NCBI RefSeq assembly: GCF_009834535.1
Contig: NC_045697.1
Coordinates: forward strand, 103,728,001-103,792,000
Direction of reading: 5' to 3'
Source: Camelus ferus
Lineage: Eukaryota
Length of the DNA stretch: 64,000 bases
The notes beneath the pieces were generated by a model that was not told where the DNA came from, did not search any database, and worked only from the letters and a program-made list of their open reading frames with translations. Each line of letters opens with the position of its first letter. Position 1 is the stretch's first letter. This document shows, one piece after another, positions 36,479 to 49,586 of this stretch. The position numbers were made by a program, and so were the translations under genes.

Positions 36479-38189
36479 TACTTCTTGTGTTAACTGAAGA
36501 GACTGCACAGTAATGTTTTCATTATTAATTCAGGAATCCTATGTGCAAAGTGTATACCTTGGTGTAATCACATTTGATGGACAATTTGATCAATGCTAAC
36601 TAAAAAGTTTATACTGAGGTATGAGTATATGGCTTCCTTTATATTACATGTTTTTAGATAATACATTGCTTTTAGTATCAGCCCAATTTTACCTGCTATA
36701 TGGTATGTTACCAGTATTTCCTTATGTATTATACAGCCTGTCTTCATTAAATTATTTTAGAAAATTGAGCAAGTTCAATTAATTTTGTCATAACTCACTT
36801 GGAATTATTTGAAATAAAAAGGTAAATTTAAAAAAAAAAAAACACTAAAAGGAATGGGGACAGAGTAACTCGTGAAAGCAAGCACTTGCATTGTTGAATG
36901 CCCTTCAATGTTCAGAAGTTTTATCTTACAGTGAGCCCCAAACCTTCACTTTCTGTAACTGCTGTGCACTGACCACCTTCCATGCGCTGGGGTTATATGT
37001 GGTCCCTTTATAAAATGACTGAACTCCAAATATATGACACCCCTGGACCCGACCCAAGTCTCCTCCTAATAACCCTGTATCTTAAGATTTCCACAATGCT
37101 GGCCCCAAACCCCTCTTTTTCTTTCCCTCATCAGCCCACTAAATTAAAAAATGAAATCTACTGTGTACACTGAGTGCAAATGATCTACTGAAAGTTGATT
37201 TATGAAACTTCTGGTGTTCACTGTTGCATAACCTGCTTCCACAGTCAACGTATACAACGATGCTTACCAAATGTTAAAATGGGACATTCATGGTTGTCTC
37301 AGAATTTCTAATAATGCTCCAAGCTGAAGAGTCTGCATGGCAAGTATGCCACCATTCTAAAGTAATAGCCCACACATACCCACAGAACACTTACAAAAAG
37401 ACATGAAAACTAGGCGAGAGGCCATTTGACATGCAGGCTGTACAATAAGGACTAAGAGCTCTTGAGGAGATTGAGGAAAGGAATTTCTAGGACCAGTGGG
37501 TCTTTTGATTCTTCCTCTTCCTCTAGGGGAGGAAGCTGACGTGCCCAGCACACCTCCACCCCCAGGTTGGGGATGGACGTTCACTGCCACAGCAGCAGGT
37601 GCACTGAGAGCTCTTGGAACCATCAAGGAATATTCCCTAGAATTGTGGCAGGGGGGATAGGGAGAGCATGGAATGAACCAGAGACAAGCACTCGCTTGCA
37701 GACTAGAAACGGCCGAGGGTGGGGAGGCTGCCTAGCACAGAGCACAATGGCAGCACAGGGAGGGAGGTAAGCAATCGGGCAAAGTATATTTCAGTTCTGC
37801 GATGGGGAAGGTTCTGTCAGTTCCATGGGCCAAGTAGGTGCCTCGATGGAGTGCCATCAAACTTGATTCACTTTGTGAGATGCTAATAGCAGACTTCCAG
37901 GGTGAGGAGACTGCAGCAATGAGAGGCTGAAGGGATAGGTTGAGGGGCAGGGGCTGGAGGTGTACTCCGAAGAATTCCCTCCCCAAATGCTCCAGGAAAG
38001 AGTATAGCACGTGGACACCTGCCATGACAGAGGACACTGAGAGCCAGCTCAGAACCACATGCATAAGATCAGACTCTGTCCCTCTCCTTCTCATGCGACG
38101 GTCCTAGTCTCACCCGGATTCCACAGAGTAGGGAGGGTGAGAAAACAAAAAAAGAGTGAGACAGACTGTGCCCTCTTCCCCACTGCTTC

Positions 38190-38348
38190 TTTTTTTTTTT
38201 TTTCTTGTTTTTTGTTTTTGTTTTTTTTGTAGGAAGAGGAGGTAATTAGGCTTATTTATTATTTATTTTTAGAGAAGGTACAGGGTATTGAACCCAGGAC
38301 CTTGTGCATGCTAGGCAGGCACTCTACCACTTGAGCTGTACCCTCCCC
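38190..38348 (-). mobile_element. tRNA-Ala-derived SINE (Vic-1-like), long form
   Basis: Reverse complement of the head (ttgaacccaggaccttgtgcatgctagg...ctctaccacttgagctgtaccctcccc) preceded by ggtaattagg and a T-rich tail. Confidence 0.9.
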
Positions 38349-41300
38349 AACTTCAGCTGTCCCTTCCCCACTCAAGGCTTCTTTAAAAAAAAAGTTTATA
38401 TTTTTATCTCATATATATATATATATATATATTCATTAAGAAAAAGTATGATTTTCTGCATTTTTAAAAACAGATTAGGACTAAATTGGCAGAGAAGGGA
38501 ACTTGGAGTTTTAAGCTAGACTACTCTGAATCATTTCATAACAAAAAGTTGATCATAATGATTAAATATATGACTGTTTTTGTAATGAAAAGTGAACCGG
38601 AAATTTTGAGATGTGCCAGAAATGATGTCAAAGGAGAGGGTAGAGGCGGGGAACGGGAGTATGTGAGACGATCCTCAAATTCACACCACCCAATGAAGAG
38701 ATTATCATAACAACATAACATCTGAAATTATAGTTGAGCTAAAACAAAAAGCCCTGGTACGAGACATACAGAAGTCAAAGCCATAGTGGTCAAGCATGCG
38801 CTCTCCCAGGTGAACCTGATTCGTGCACACGAAGCAACAGGAAGCACGGGCTCTGGCTGCAGGGGGTGAGGACAGGAGCTGAGGCATCCGTGGCCATCAG
38901 AGCAGGATGCTGAAGGGCTGCCTGTCAAGTAAGAGCAACTAGAAAACTCCCCATAGACAGTCAAGCAGGTAACTCGGGTCTGCAGCAAGGGTGGGCACGG
39001 GCTGGAATTTACACTACCCATGTGATTCAACAATTCCCAGACTCATGATTAACCCAAAGTAAAGAAACGACAAAATGAATCAAATACCAGCAGAACGCCT
39101 GTGGCCCAGAAAGAAGTACATGTAAAACTTCCCCTTGGAGTCACTTCAGTAATACAGAGCAAAGTGGATGCCAGGATAAAACAACCCCCACTGAATAGGC
39201 GTTTGTGATTAAAAAAAAAAAAAAATTAAAAAAAAAAAAAAAAGTACAAGCAATGTGAGAAAGCAAGCTATATATGACGGTCGCTCCATCCTAATGCTGT
39301 TAGGAAAAGGGGAGAAAATGACTTTTCACAATATACTGAAAGAGAAACTACTACCTAAATTGAAGACCTAGAATTGGAAGGCATGACTTTAAAACTTCTA
39401 GAAGAAAATATGAGACTAACCATATGCCTTCAGAAACAATTCTTTAAAGAAGACGCAAAAGTAAGAATGAAATAGGAAAAACTAGGGTTGCCAAGTAACA
39501 AAGTTCTGGCCAATGAGATATACAGTGGTTTCCGCTTGATGGTGGCGGGGTTAGGGAGATGAGATTCTGGCACCGCCCTTCTTCCCTTCGCTCCACCTGG
39601 AGCAGTGAAAGCGGCCTTATATCCAGGAGAGACAGGCCAAGAGCGGTGCAGAGAGAACCACCCTAATATCATTCAGCCACAGAACAAATGCCAGCCAACT
39701 CCACCTCCACCTCCAGGCATCTCCGTATATGAGAAAAATAGTCCCTGCTTATTTAAGCTACTTTTAGTCTGATTTTCTGTTACTTGAAGCCTAACTGATA
39801 CAATCATGTTCCTAAACAAAGGACTAAATAATAAAGGACGAATGAGGCAAGTCAGATAAGTGAAAAGCGCTTCCTCTAAAATATAAACTTGAGTAGGCTG
39901 TTAAATTTCACTTCGCATAATCTCATGCTCCGATTGCATATGGCATAACACATGAAAACACAAGGAAAAGAAAACTGACTATTGGGGACTGTTGTTGGAG
40001 ATCAAAGCTGCATTATCCCACCATGGAAAAATTCCTCAACTATATGAATTTATATCACTCCTGCCTCTGATTCACAAGAAGAAGAACTAGCTCTAATATT
40101 TATTCCTTTTCTATGCACAGATTCAGTTTGAAAAAAGCATAAAGACATCAAAGACTGAATTCCAATCTTTAGTCTCCAATTAAATAAGGAGACACAAAAT
40201 ATTTATTTTTTACTTGTAAGGTATTTTGCACAATGCTATAGAAAAGCCAAAAAAAAAAAAAAAAAGAATTAAGAAAAGCTTATTCTGTTTGTTTTAAAAA
40301 TCATAATTGGCTGATAAGCACCTTAATTGCTAGGACATTTTAGTACTGACTACTTAATTCCCACTATTTTCACTGTATAAATCTCATAAGAAGTAAAATT
40401 TGAGTTATACATTTCTATATTACATTTAGGTATTATTGACCCATGCCACACAAAAATAAATATATGACGTCAGTTAAAATGCAAGCTTATATACTATGCT
40501 CAACCTTAAAGGGGCATTCTTCATTTGATTCCATTATTTATGTGATTGTATTTTTAAAGCAGCAATGGCTAAAAAGTAGAATATTGTTTTAAAATGACTG
40601 CTGAATATTTCTTCTCAACAAATATATGTAAATGAAGACTACAGAACTGCTACAAGGCATTCGCCAATTTAAAAAAAGATTATTGAATATACCATTAAAA
40701 TTCACCATCTTAAGGACCACTTTAATTCTCTGCTTTAAAAACGTTACAGGAATGAAGAGAAGTTCATATGTAAGCACGTTACGAGCAAATGCCATCAAAC
40801 TGCTTTTCTGAGAGTAAGCTACATTTCTCGCCTGTTTCTACAGGTCCATTTCTTGATATAAATGGAAAAAATTATTTAACATCCTTAATCTTGAGGTGAA
40901 GGGGCGAGTGGTGGCTATTTTTGTTTGTAACTATTCATCTCAATTCAGACAAGGAAAAAATATATTCAAGTTACTGTTTCTGGGTGCTAAATTGAATCCG
41001 GTGTCCTCTCCTCTTAAGAAAATTAAGTTGCTTTTGTGCAAGAGTGTTTTAATGAGAACAGAGCCCGCCGACAGTGATAAATGGGAATGACACCAGAGAG
41101 AGCGTGTAAGCAGGACAATATGTGCACGGTACAGTCTTACAGCCTATTTTTCACTGACTATTCTGAATGACTTCGCTGTTTCTTAAGGGGCCTATTAATC
41201 TCAAATTTAGTTATTACACAACGTTTATTTGAACATATATTCTGCGCATGATGACAGTTAATAAAGGAAATCTTTCACAAGCTGTATTTTTACATATTGT

Positions 41301-43702
41301 TCCAACTACAGCTCCCAGTCATTTGATGGTATTGATGGAATAACCTACATTGTGCTGAGGTTTTAAAAAAAAAAAATGGCACATATATTCAGATTCCTTT
41401 CTAAGCACATGGGGACTCTTAAATAACCGTTAAAATGCATACAAAAAATCCTACTAAGAAATGGTAAAAGTAAAAGGACATCTTAACTGTTCAACAAAGA
41501 TTGTTTAATGTGAAAAACTGACCCTTCTACGATAAACCAGGCACCTTCGAACACTTTTAAAGCTTTGGTGCATAATATGCAATAGTGCTTGCATACCAAT
41601 CTCCATTTTTACAGTACGCGTGGAGTAGGGAAGGGAAGACAAAATCAATTTTCTTGAGGTGCAAAAAGAATCAAGTAGAATAGTTGCTTTGATTTTCTCC
41701 TTGGTATGCTTTTTTGATAAAATACCATGTACTTAAAATAGGGGTGATACCGTATTTCTTACTTCTGGTCACATACCTAAAGGTTTATGAGAATTATTTT
41801 AACATTTTCCTAAAAACGTATTTATCAGCTCAAATACCTTCATCTGAGATTCAGATTGTGGTTCTTGTTCCAAGAGAAGTTCGCTACTTTAAGTATAACT
41901 GCTGCATAATAATAAAACCTAATGATATTAGCAAGAAATATTTATATCAGTTCAAGATTTTTAAATCTGCCTCATAATTAAGATGAATATGGACTTAAAC
42001 ACCTTCAATTTCACCCTCCTGAAATCTGTCTTCAAAGGTGTTAGATTTCAATGAAATCAGAACTTTCAAGTAAGAAAGGGCCCTTAGATACTCTGACAAT
42101 CCATTTATAAATGAAGAAACAGAACTCTAGAGAGATAAAGGCTCTTCCCCAAGGTCATACTGGCTAGTGACAAAGCCAGAATAGAACTCATCTCCAGATG
42201 TTCCCTGTACCCTCTCTGTAACACTCACACTGCCTATTTTACATTTTGTTTTTAACAGATATTTGTAGATTTATAACGTAAAAAGAACAGACACCAAACC
42301 ATTAATAGTGGCTATGTTGGAGTGATAGGATTACGGATATTTTTTCCTTTGTGCTTTTCCCAGCTTTTTCAGGTTTTTGTACTGATTACGTATTTATTAG
42401 AAAAAAGTATACAATAAATGTTACATGTTAAGTACGACTAACATTTTAGAGGTTCTCACTTTAATCTTTAGGCAAACCTTGAATAATGAAATGGGGCGCT
42501 CAATCAATGTCTGACTAAAAACAATGAAACTGAGGATAATACCAAGAAACTACCTAGTCTTGTTATATTAATGCTGAATACTCAGAGGAACGAACTGTGG
42601 TTATAATATCTGTGGTCAGAATATCAACTATTAACTTGAAAATATACATTATTTTTTATTAATAGCTTATTAAGAACTTACAAATATCTAAGATGAAGCT
42701 GAACATAGCTTATTTGAAATATTACACACTACTTGACATTACGTCTTTTTTTAAAAGCCAATTTTCTCAATAGTCCTGAAGTTCAATTGTCCTTAATCTT
42801 TGGAGTTTCCTATGTCCTGCCAAAAAGGAATAGAATAAATGTTCCTTTAATTGTTCATTCATTCAATGTAAATTTATTAAGCAATTTATTATGCTAAGCA
42901 CTGAGAATACAAAAATAAATACCACAGAATACCTGCTCACAGTGATCAGGCTGGAAGATGGACATCATAATGGCTATAATATAAGATCAATAGAATCAAA
43001 GTTATGGCAGCACAGAAATTAAATACTAAAATTTCTTGTAAAGTGGGCTTTTTCAATACCTCCCACAAAAAGGACTTTTCTGATCAATTAATGGACGCTC
43101 TCTTTAATGCCAACACGTGAACTAAGCTGCTCAGCACACCAACAGAGAAATCGGCCAAGAATTCCCCTAATGCTTTGCTTAGAAAGGCATCCACAAAACG
43201 TAAGTGACAACCTATGTCAAACCATCTACTGTTTCTTACAAATTTTAGACTCTAGCTACCAAACTCTGTTATTTCTGCTCTTTTCCATCCATTAGGTCTG
43301 GGAATCTCAGAGCTTCTTAAAAGGGCAATGGATCAATCCCTTAGCAATAATTCTCTCATCAGCTTTTCATTAGCAATAAAATAGCTTTCTTATCATCTTC
43401 TGGGAAATAACTTACCATGGATTCACAGCACTACAATGGACTTCTGCAGATCACCTAATCATAGCACTTTCCATCAAAGAGGACCACACTGAAACCACTA
43501 ACAAATGGGACCGACCTAGCCTATTCCTCATGTCTTCAGGATCAGAGACTACATAATCTTTTAGAATTTTAAATTTAAAATCTGTATTTTAAATCACATT
43601 TTTCACTAGCAAGCCTTTCCCTTTTCTGAATTAACTTGTGAGATCATCTTTTTATGTTAGGTCCCCTGAGAGGATTTAAAAAGGGCTGTGTTATTGCTAT
43701 TA

Positions 43703-43860
43703 CTAGTATGCTGGTAAGTTTAACCAATGGCTCTCAGGATGAGGGGAGAATCACCAGTTTGCAATATTTGCTGACTTTTGTGCTGTAAATGCTCCCACCA
43801 TGGCCAATTTCAAGCTGCAAACCTGATGTCACTGAACACCAAGATGGGAAGAGATGACAT
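43703..43860. mobile_element. MER63-like hAT fragment
   Basis: gtaaatgctcccaccatggccaatttcaagct...gatgtcactgaac...gggaagagatg. Confidence 0.6.
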
Positions 43861-44045
43861 AATTCCAAAGGCATAAAAATTAGAAATAGAAGAGCAAATT
43901 AAACACAAAATAAGCACGGGAAAGAAATTAAATAAAGATGTGAGCAGATACAAATGAAATCAAAACCAGAAAGACAACAGAGATCAATGAAATCAGAAGC
44001 TTGCTCTTTGTGGGGAAGGTCAATAAAACTAATACACTTTTAGAA

Positions 44046-45075
44046 CAGGGATTGGCACACTTTTTCTGTAAAAGATCACTGTTCCATTTCAACCCAACTG
44101 GTCAAACACAACTGAGCATACTGCAGTATAATTCCAACACTAACCACGTGGAGTATGGCAGACAGCACATGCTAAAGGCTCAGTCCTCCACAAGACCTCC
44201 CCCACTTCAGATGGGCAGCTGAACTTCAGGAGTCCCCAGGCCACCAGCACTTCTGATCAACCGGCTACAAATTCAGGGGTCCCCATGACCCCCTTTGGTT
44301 CAATAATTCAATAGAACAACTCATCAGTCTAAATGAAAGTGCTAGACTCATGACTACAGGTTTATAGAAGGGATACATACAGAGCGAGGGCTGTGCTTCC
44401 GTGCCGGGTCCCCGTGGAGCCAGAGCACATTACTCTTTCCGCACATCAATGTGTTCACCAACCAGGAAGCGTCACTGAGCTTCAGTGTCCAGAATTTTTA
44501 ATTTGAGTTTTGTAATGTAGGCCTGGTTGATTAAATCATTGGCTGTGTGACTGAATTCAATCTCCAGCCCCCTCTCCTTCCCGGGAGGTCGAGTGGCTAA
44601 AAGTTCCAACACTCTAATCACATGTTTGGTCTTTCTGATGACCAGCCCCCATCCTGAAGTTATCCAGTGGCCCATCAGAGACACTCCAATCCCATGGGAA
44701 ATTCCAAGGGTTTTTGAAGCCCTGTGCCAAGAACCTGGGACAAAGATTACATATATTTTTTATTATACCACAGCAACATAATAAATATTTTAGGCTTTGT
44801 AGCCCATATGGTCACAAATTCTTAACTCTGCTGCTATAACACAAAAGCAGCCATAGATAATGTACAAGATAATGATTGTGGTTGTGTTCCAACAAAACTT
44901 CATCTCTACATACTAAAATTTGATGTTCGTTTCATTTCATGTGTCATGAAATTATATTTTCTCTTGATTTTTTTTCTAACCATTAAAAAATGTACAAAGC
45001 ATTCTTCAGTCATTTACTATACACAACATGCTGCAAGCCTGATTTAGCCTGCAAACAATAAATTGTCCATCTTTG
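44046..45075 (+). mobile_element. MER58-like hAT MITE split by a MER21 LTR
   Basis: 5' end cagggattggcacactttttctgtaaa resumes at about 44775 as aataaatattttaggctttgtagccc...aaagcagccatagataa...tgtgttccaacaaaactt. Confidence 0.75.
44078..44772. mobile_element. MER21-family solo LTR
   Basis: ccaccagcacttctgatcaaccggctacaaattcagggg, gtgttcaccaaccaggaagc, tgtgccaagaacctgggacaaaga; homologous to 34843-35582. Confidence 0.8.
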
Positions 45076-47770
45076 CTCCAGGAGAAAAAAAGAAGATAGA
45101 AATAATCAATATCAAGAATGAAAGAAGGAGCATCCTTCAGATACTTAAAGAGTAAGAATAATGTAAACAACACTATGCTCCCCAAACTTGACAACTTAGA
45201 TGAAAGAGACAAATTCCTTAAAAAACACAAATTACCAAAGCTCTCTCAAGAGGAAATAAATAACCTAAATAGCCTATTATATATTAAAGACATTCAGTGT
45301 ATGTTTAAAAATTTTCCCACAAATCTCTGAGAACAAATGGCTTCACTGGTAAATTCAACCAAACATTTAAAGAAGAAATAATATTAATTCTGTAAAACCT
45401 GACCGAGAAAACACAAGGGAAGGGAAAATCATTTTATGAAACCAAAACCAAATCAAAATATCATAAAAGAACTGCAGAACAATAATCCTCATGCATATAG
45501 GCAGACACAAAACTTACAACATTTGAGCTAATTAAATCCAATAATATACAAAAAAGATAACACATCATGACCAAGTGGGGTTTATTCTAGGAATGCAAAG
45601 TTGGTTTAGTATTTGAAAGCAATTGAGGAAATTCACCTCATCATCAGAGTAAAAGAAAAAACATGTGATGAAAACTAGTAGACAGAGAAAAAGTATTTGA
45701 CAAAAGTCCACATACATTTATGATTTAAAAAAAAACTCTCAGGAAATAAGAATTGAAAAGAATTTCCTCCAAATCATAAAGGGCATCTTTATCAGAAAAC
45801 AAACAGATAACATCACATTTAATGGGAAAAGACTGAATGCTTTCCTTTTAAAATCGGGAATCCAGTAAGTCTACTTAGACTATACTTCTACCCAACATTG
45901 GCCTGAAAGTGCTAGCTATGCAATAATGCAAGAAAAAGAAATAAAATGCAAAGAAATTGGAAAAGAAGAAATAAACCCGCTTTTTCACAAATTATGTGAT
46001 CCTAGAAAATCTCAACAACAACAACAAAAAACCTTCAAGAAATAATAAGTTTAGCAATGTTGAAGAATACAAGGTATATAAAATCAATGAATTTCTATGT
46101 ATACTGGCAATTATATTGACTAATTTAAAATTGGAATTAATAAAAATGCCATTTACAATAGTACATCAAGATCATGAAGTTCTCCTACAGAGAAATATGT
46201 AAAGTCCTAAATAGAAAGATATGTATTAGAATCCTCAATTATTAAGATGTCAAATTTCCCCAGACTGACCTATATATTTAAAGTAATTCCAACCAAAATC
46301 CCTGCAGAATTTTTAGAAGAAAATGACAAGATGACTAAAATTTATTTGGAAATCTTCCTCTTGGAAAAAAGAAAAAAGTCAGAAGACTGACACTACTTGA
46401 TTTCAACACAATATAAAGCTGTATTATACAAGATAGTGTGGTATTAGCTTAAGGACAGATACATACATCAATGGAACAGAACAGAAAGTCCAGAAATAGA
46501 TCTATATAGATATGATAAGTTGATTTTTGATGAGGGTGCTACCGTAATTCAAAGGGGAAAGAATAATCTTTTTAGTAAGTGATAACTGACATCTCTATGC
46601 AAAACAAACAAGCAAACAAAAAGCCAGAACTCTGACCCTTACCTCACACCATATATAAAACATTGGAATGGATGGTAGAGCTAAACATAGGAGCTAAATC
46701 TATAAAACTTCTAGAAGACAACATAGAGAAAAATCTTTGTGACTTTGGGTTAGGACAACATTTCTCAGACAGGATATAAAAATCATAAAATTTTTAAAAG
46801 ATGATAAATTGGACTTTATCACAATTTAAAACTTTTTTCCTTCAAAAAGGCACTGTTAAGAAAATGAAAAAGCAAGCTACATATTGGGAAAATATATTTA
46901 CAAAACACATATCTAATAAAGGACTTATAGGTAGAGTATATTTTAAATATACTTACAACTAACTAATAAGAAGACAATCCCATAAAAAGGTGGACTAATG
47001 ACTTGAACAAACACTTCACTAAAGAAGCAATATGGATAACATACCAACAAAAGAAAAGATGTTCAACATCATTAGTTAGTAGAGATGTGTAAATAAAAAT
47101 CATAATGAGATATCACTATATACCTACTAAAAGAGCTAAAACTTTTTTTTAAAAAAAGCTTTATAGTTCTGTGCTGGTTAGGATGTGGACCAAATAAAAG
47201 TCTCATATATTGCTGGAATGAATCCAAAATGATACAGACACTGTGGAAGAAGTTTAGCAGTTTCTTTTTAAATCATACATATACTTACTATATGGCCCAG
47301 CCATCCCTCTTCTGGGTATTTACTTATCTAAGAGACAGATATTAATGGGTCCATACGAAAACTTGTGCTCAAATATTCAGAGCAGCTTTACTTATAATAG
47401 TTCAAAATTGGAAATTACCCAACTGTCCATCAACTGGTGAATAAACATATGATATATCCATACAAGATGATACTACTTAGCAACAAAACGGAATGAACTA
47501 CTGATATATGCAACAACATGGATGAAATTCAGAAGCACTGTGCTGAGTAAATGCAGCCAGAGACAAAAAGCTATGTACTGTATGAGTCCATTGATACGAC
47601 ATTCTGGAAAAGGCTAAACTATACAGACAGAATTCAGATCACTAGCTGTCAGCGACTGCAGGTAGGAAAAGGAAAAGAGGCACAAAAGAATTTTTTAGCA
47701 TTATAGCAATGATCTTCACAACTTCATGTATTTTATAAAACTAATCAAATTCCATACTTTAAAAGGGTGA

Positions 47771-48050
47771 TAGATAAACAAGGTCCTACTGTATATTTTT
47801 ATTTCATTTATTTATTTATTTATTAAACAGCAGTACTAGGAATTGAACCCAGGACCTCGTTCATGCTAGGCATGCACTCTTACCGCTGAGCTATACCCTC
47901 CCCTCTATTGTATAGCACAGGGAACTGTATTCAGTGTCTGGTAATAATGTATAATGGAAAAGAATCTGAAAAAATATGTATGTATAACTGAATCACTTTG
48001 CTGTACACCTGAAACTAACACAATATTGTAAATCAACTATACTAAATTTT
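47771..48050 (+). mobile_element. Young L1 3' end inserted into the old L1M tail
   Basis: gataaacaaggtcctactgtata[SINE]gcacagggaac...aatcaactatact; 13-bp TSD tttaaaagggtga at 47758-47770 and 48051-48063. Confidence 0.88.
47796..47903 (-). mobile_element. tRNA-Ala-derived SINE (Vic-1-like) nested in a young L1 3' fragment
   Basis: Reverse-complement head with (ttta)n tail; TSD ctactgtata/ctattgtata at 47786-47795 and 47905-47914. Confidence 0.9.
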
Positions 48051-49448
48051 TTTAAAAGGGTGAATTTTGCTATCATGAATTTTACTATCTGAAAATTATA
48101 TATTCATAAACCTGGCTTTGTAAATTTATACACATTTTTAAAGTAAACAAAGTAGAAAAAATAACTAGATGTCATTATGATTTAGCTTTTTCATATTTAC
48201 GTGGTTTTGAAGTTAACAGAAATTTCAATAAATAAATATTAATAAATCTTTACTTAATAAAAATAAACACTAATCAAAACCACAGAATTACTGCCACTAC
48301 CTACTACCTATAAAAACTGAAGCTTCAGAGCTCTGCCTGTAATTTGTAAAAAAATATCTTTCTAAGTCATTATTTTCAACATAAACAGAATGTGAATACT
48401 GAAGGACTCTGTGGGCTTACTGACATTCTAAAAAAATACCCTTTAAAAATGTACAAAATAAAAATAAATTTTAAAAAGATACCCTTGTTTTACATCTTTT
48501 TAAAGATAAAAACTTCATGTTAATTAACTATTTTAATTTGAAATCATCACAGAGACATCCGTGAAAAACTAGAAAAAGGAATAATAACAAAGTCAGAAGA
48601 CTTAGTCTCAGAACTACTCAATCATAGACACAGCTATGAAAACTCTAAATCTCAGATTCTTCATTTTATTAGATGGGAATCAAAACACCCACTTCATAGA
48701 ATTTTTGTGAAGATAAATGAGATGGCAAATACAAACCTCCTGGGTATTCTATAACCATATAAAGACTCATGTACATGAGGCCCCGCAAGTCTTCATCATG
48801 CAAGTATTCATTCTCCAAGTCCCAAAAGAATTCAGGTTGTACATGGAAGCAAGTGACATCATAGCAGGGGGAGGTTCACTAATGAACTGATCATTTCTAA
48901 GTGAGTCTCAAGAAAATATTTTCCCTTTCAACACTCACACCCCAGCTGCTTCACAATAATATCTATCTCTGTACTGCAGCTTTGGTTGGTTTATTCTCAT
49001 CAATTGTACAATACTTTAAACACCTGACAATATAACACAGATAAAATGTGAATAGGTTGCTAAATATGATTGCGAGTCCTAAAGAAGATACAGGATTTCA
49101 TTAGTCAGTGAAATCAGAACAAAATCAATGACAGATGAGAAAAAAGTAAATGACAAGATAGATACCTAAAAGGAGAGTAATCAAAATATTTTTTTAAATG
49201 AGAGCATCTGTGAAAATTGATGAAGGCTCAATTTTCTTTTTTGGCAAATATGTATCTTTATGACTGTGTTGCAAAAATAAATAGGAGGAAAAGATGTGAC
49301 ATGATGTCATTATTTTACAAATTCCTTGGGAAAATTACACCGCTCCTCACCCTCCAAAACAACATAATTCTTTCTTCACTCAAAGAATTAGCAGACAGTT
49401 ATCATATAACCTGAATTTTGTTCAGTGAATTAAAAAAGCTTCTTTCCA

Positions 49449-49586
49449 GGGGGAGGGTATAGCTCAAGTGGTAGAGTGCATGATTAGCATGCACGAGGTC
49501 CTGGATTCAATCCCCAGAACCTCCTCCAAATATAAATTAAATAAAAAAACCTAATTACCTCCCCCTCGTAAAACAAAAACCAAAAG
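49449..49586 (+). mobile_element. tRNA-Ala-derived SINE (Vic-1-like), long form
   Basis: ggggagggtatagctcaagtggtagag head; TSD aaagcttctttcca/aaagcttatttcca at 49435-49448 and 49587-49600. Confidence 0.92.

Larger units (their letters stand above)
43862..47770 (+). mobile_element. Old L1M ORF2 and 3' UTR (about 3 kb of L1), interrupted by a MER58-like MITE and a MER21 LTR
   Basis: KLDNLDERDKFLKKHKLPKLSQEEINNLN remnant, catgaccaagtggggtttattctaggaatgcaa, tcaatggaacagaacagaaagtccagaaataga, gcaacaacatggatgaa; many stops and frameshifts. Confidence 0.9.
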
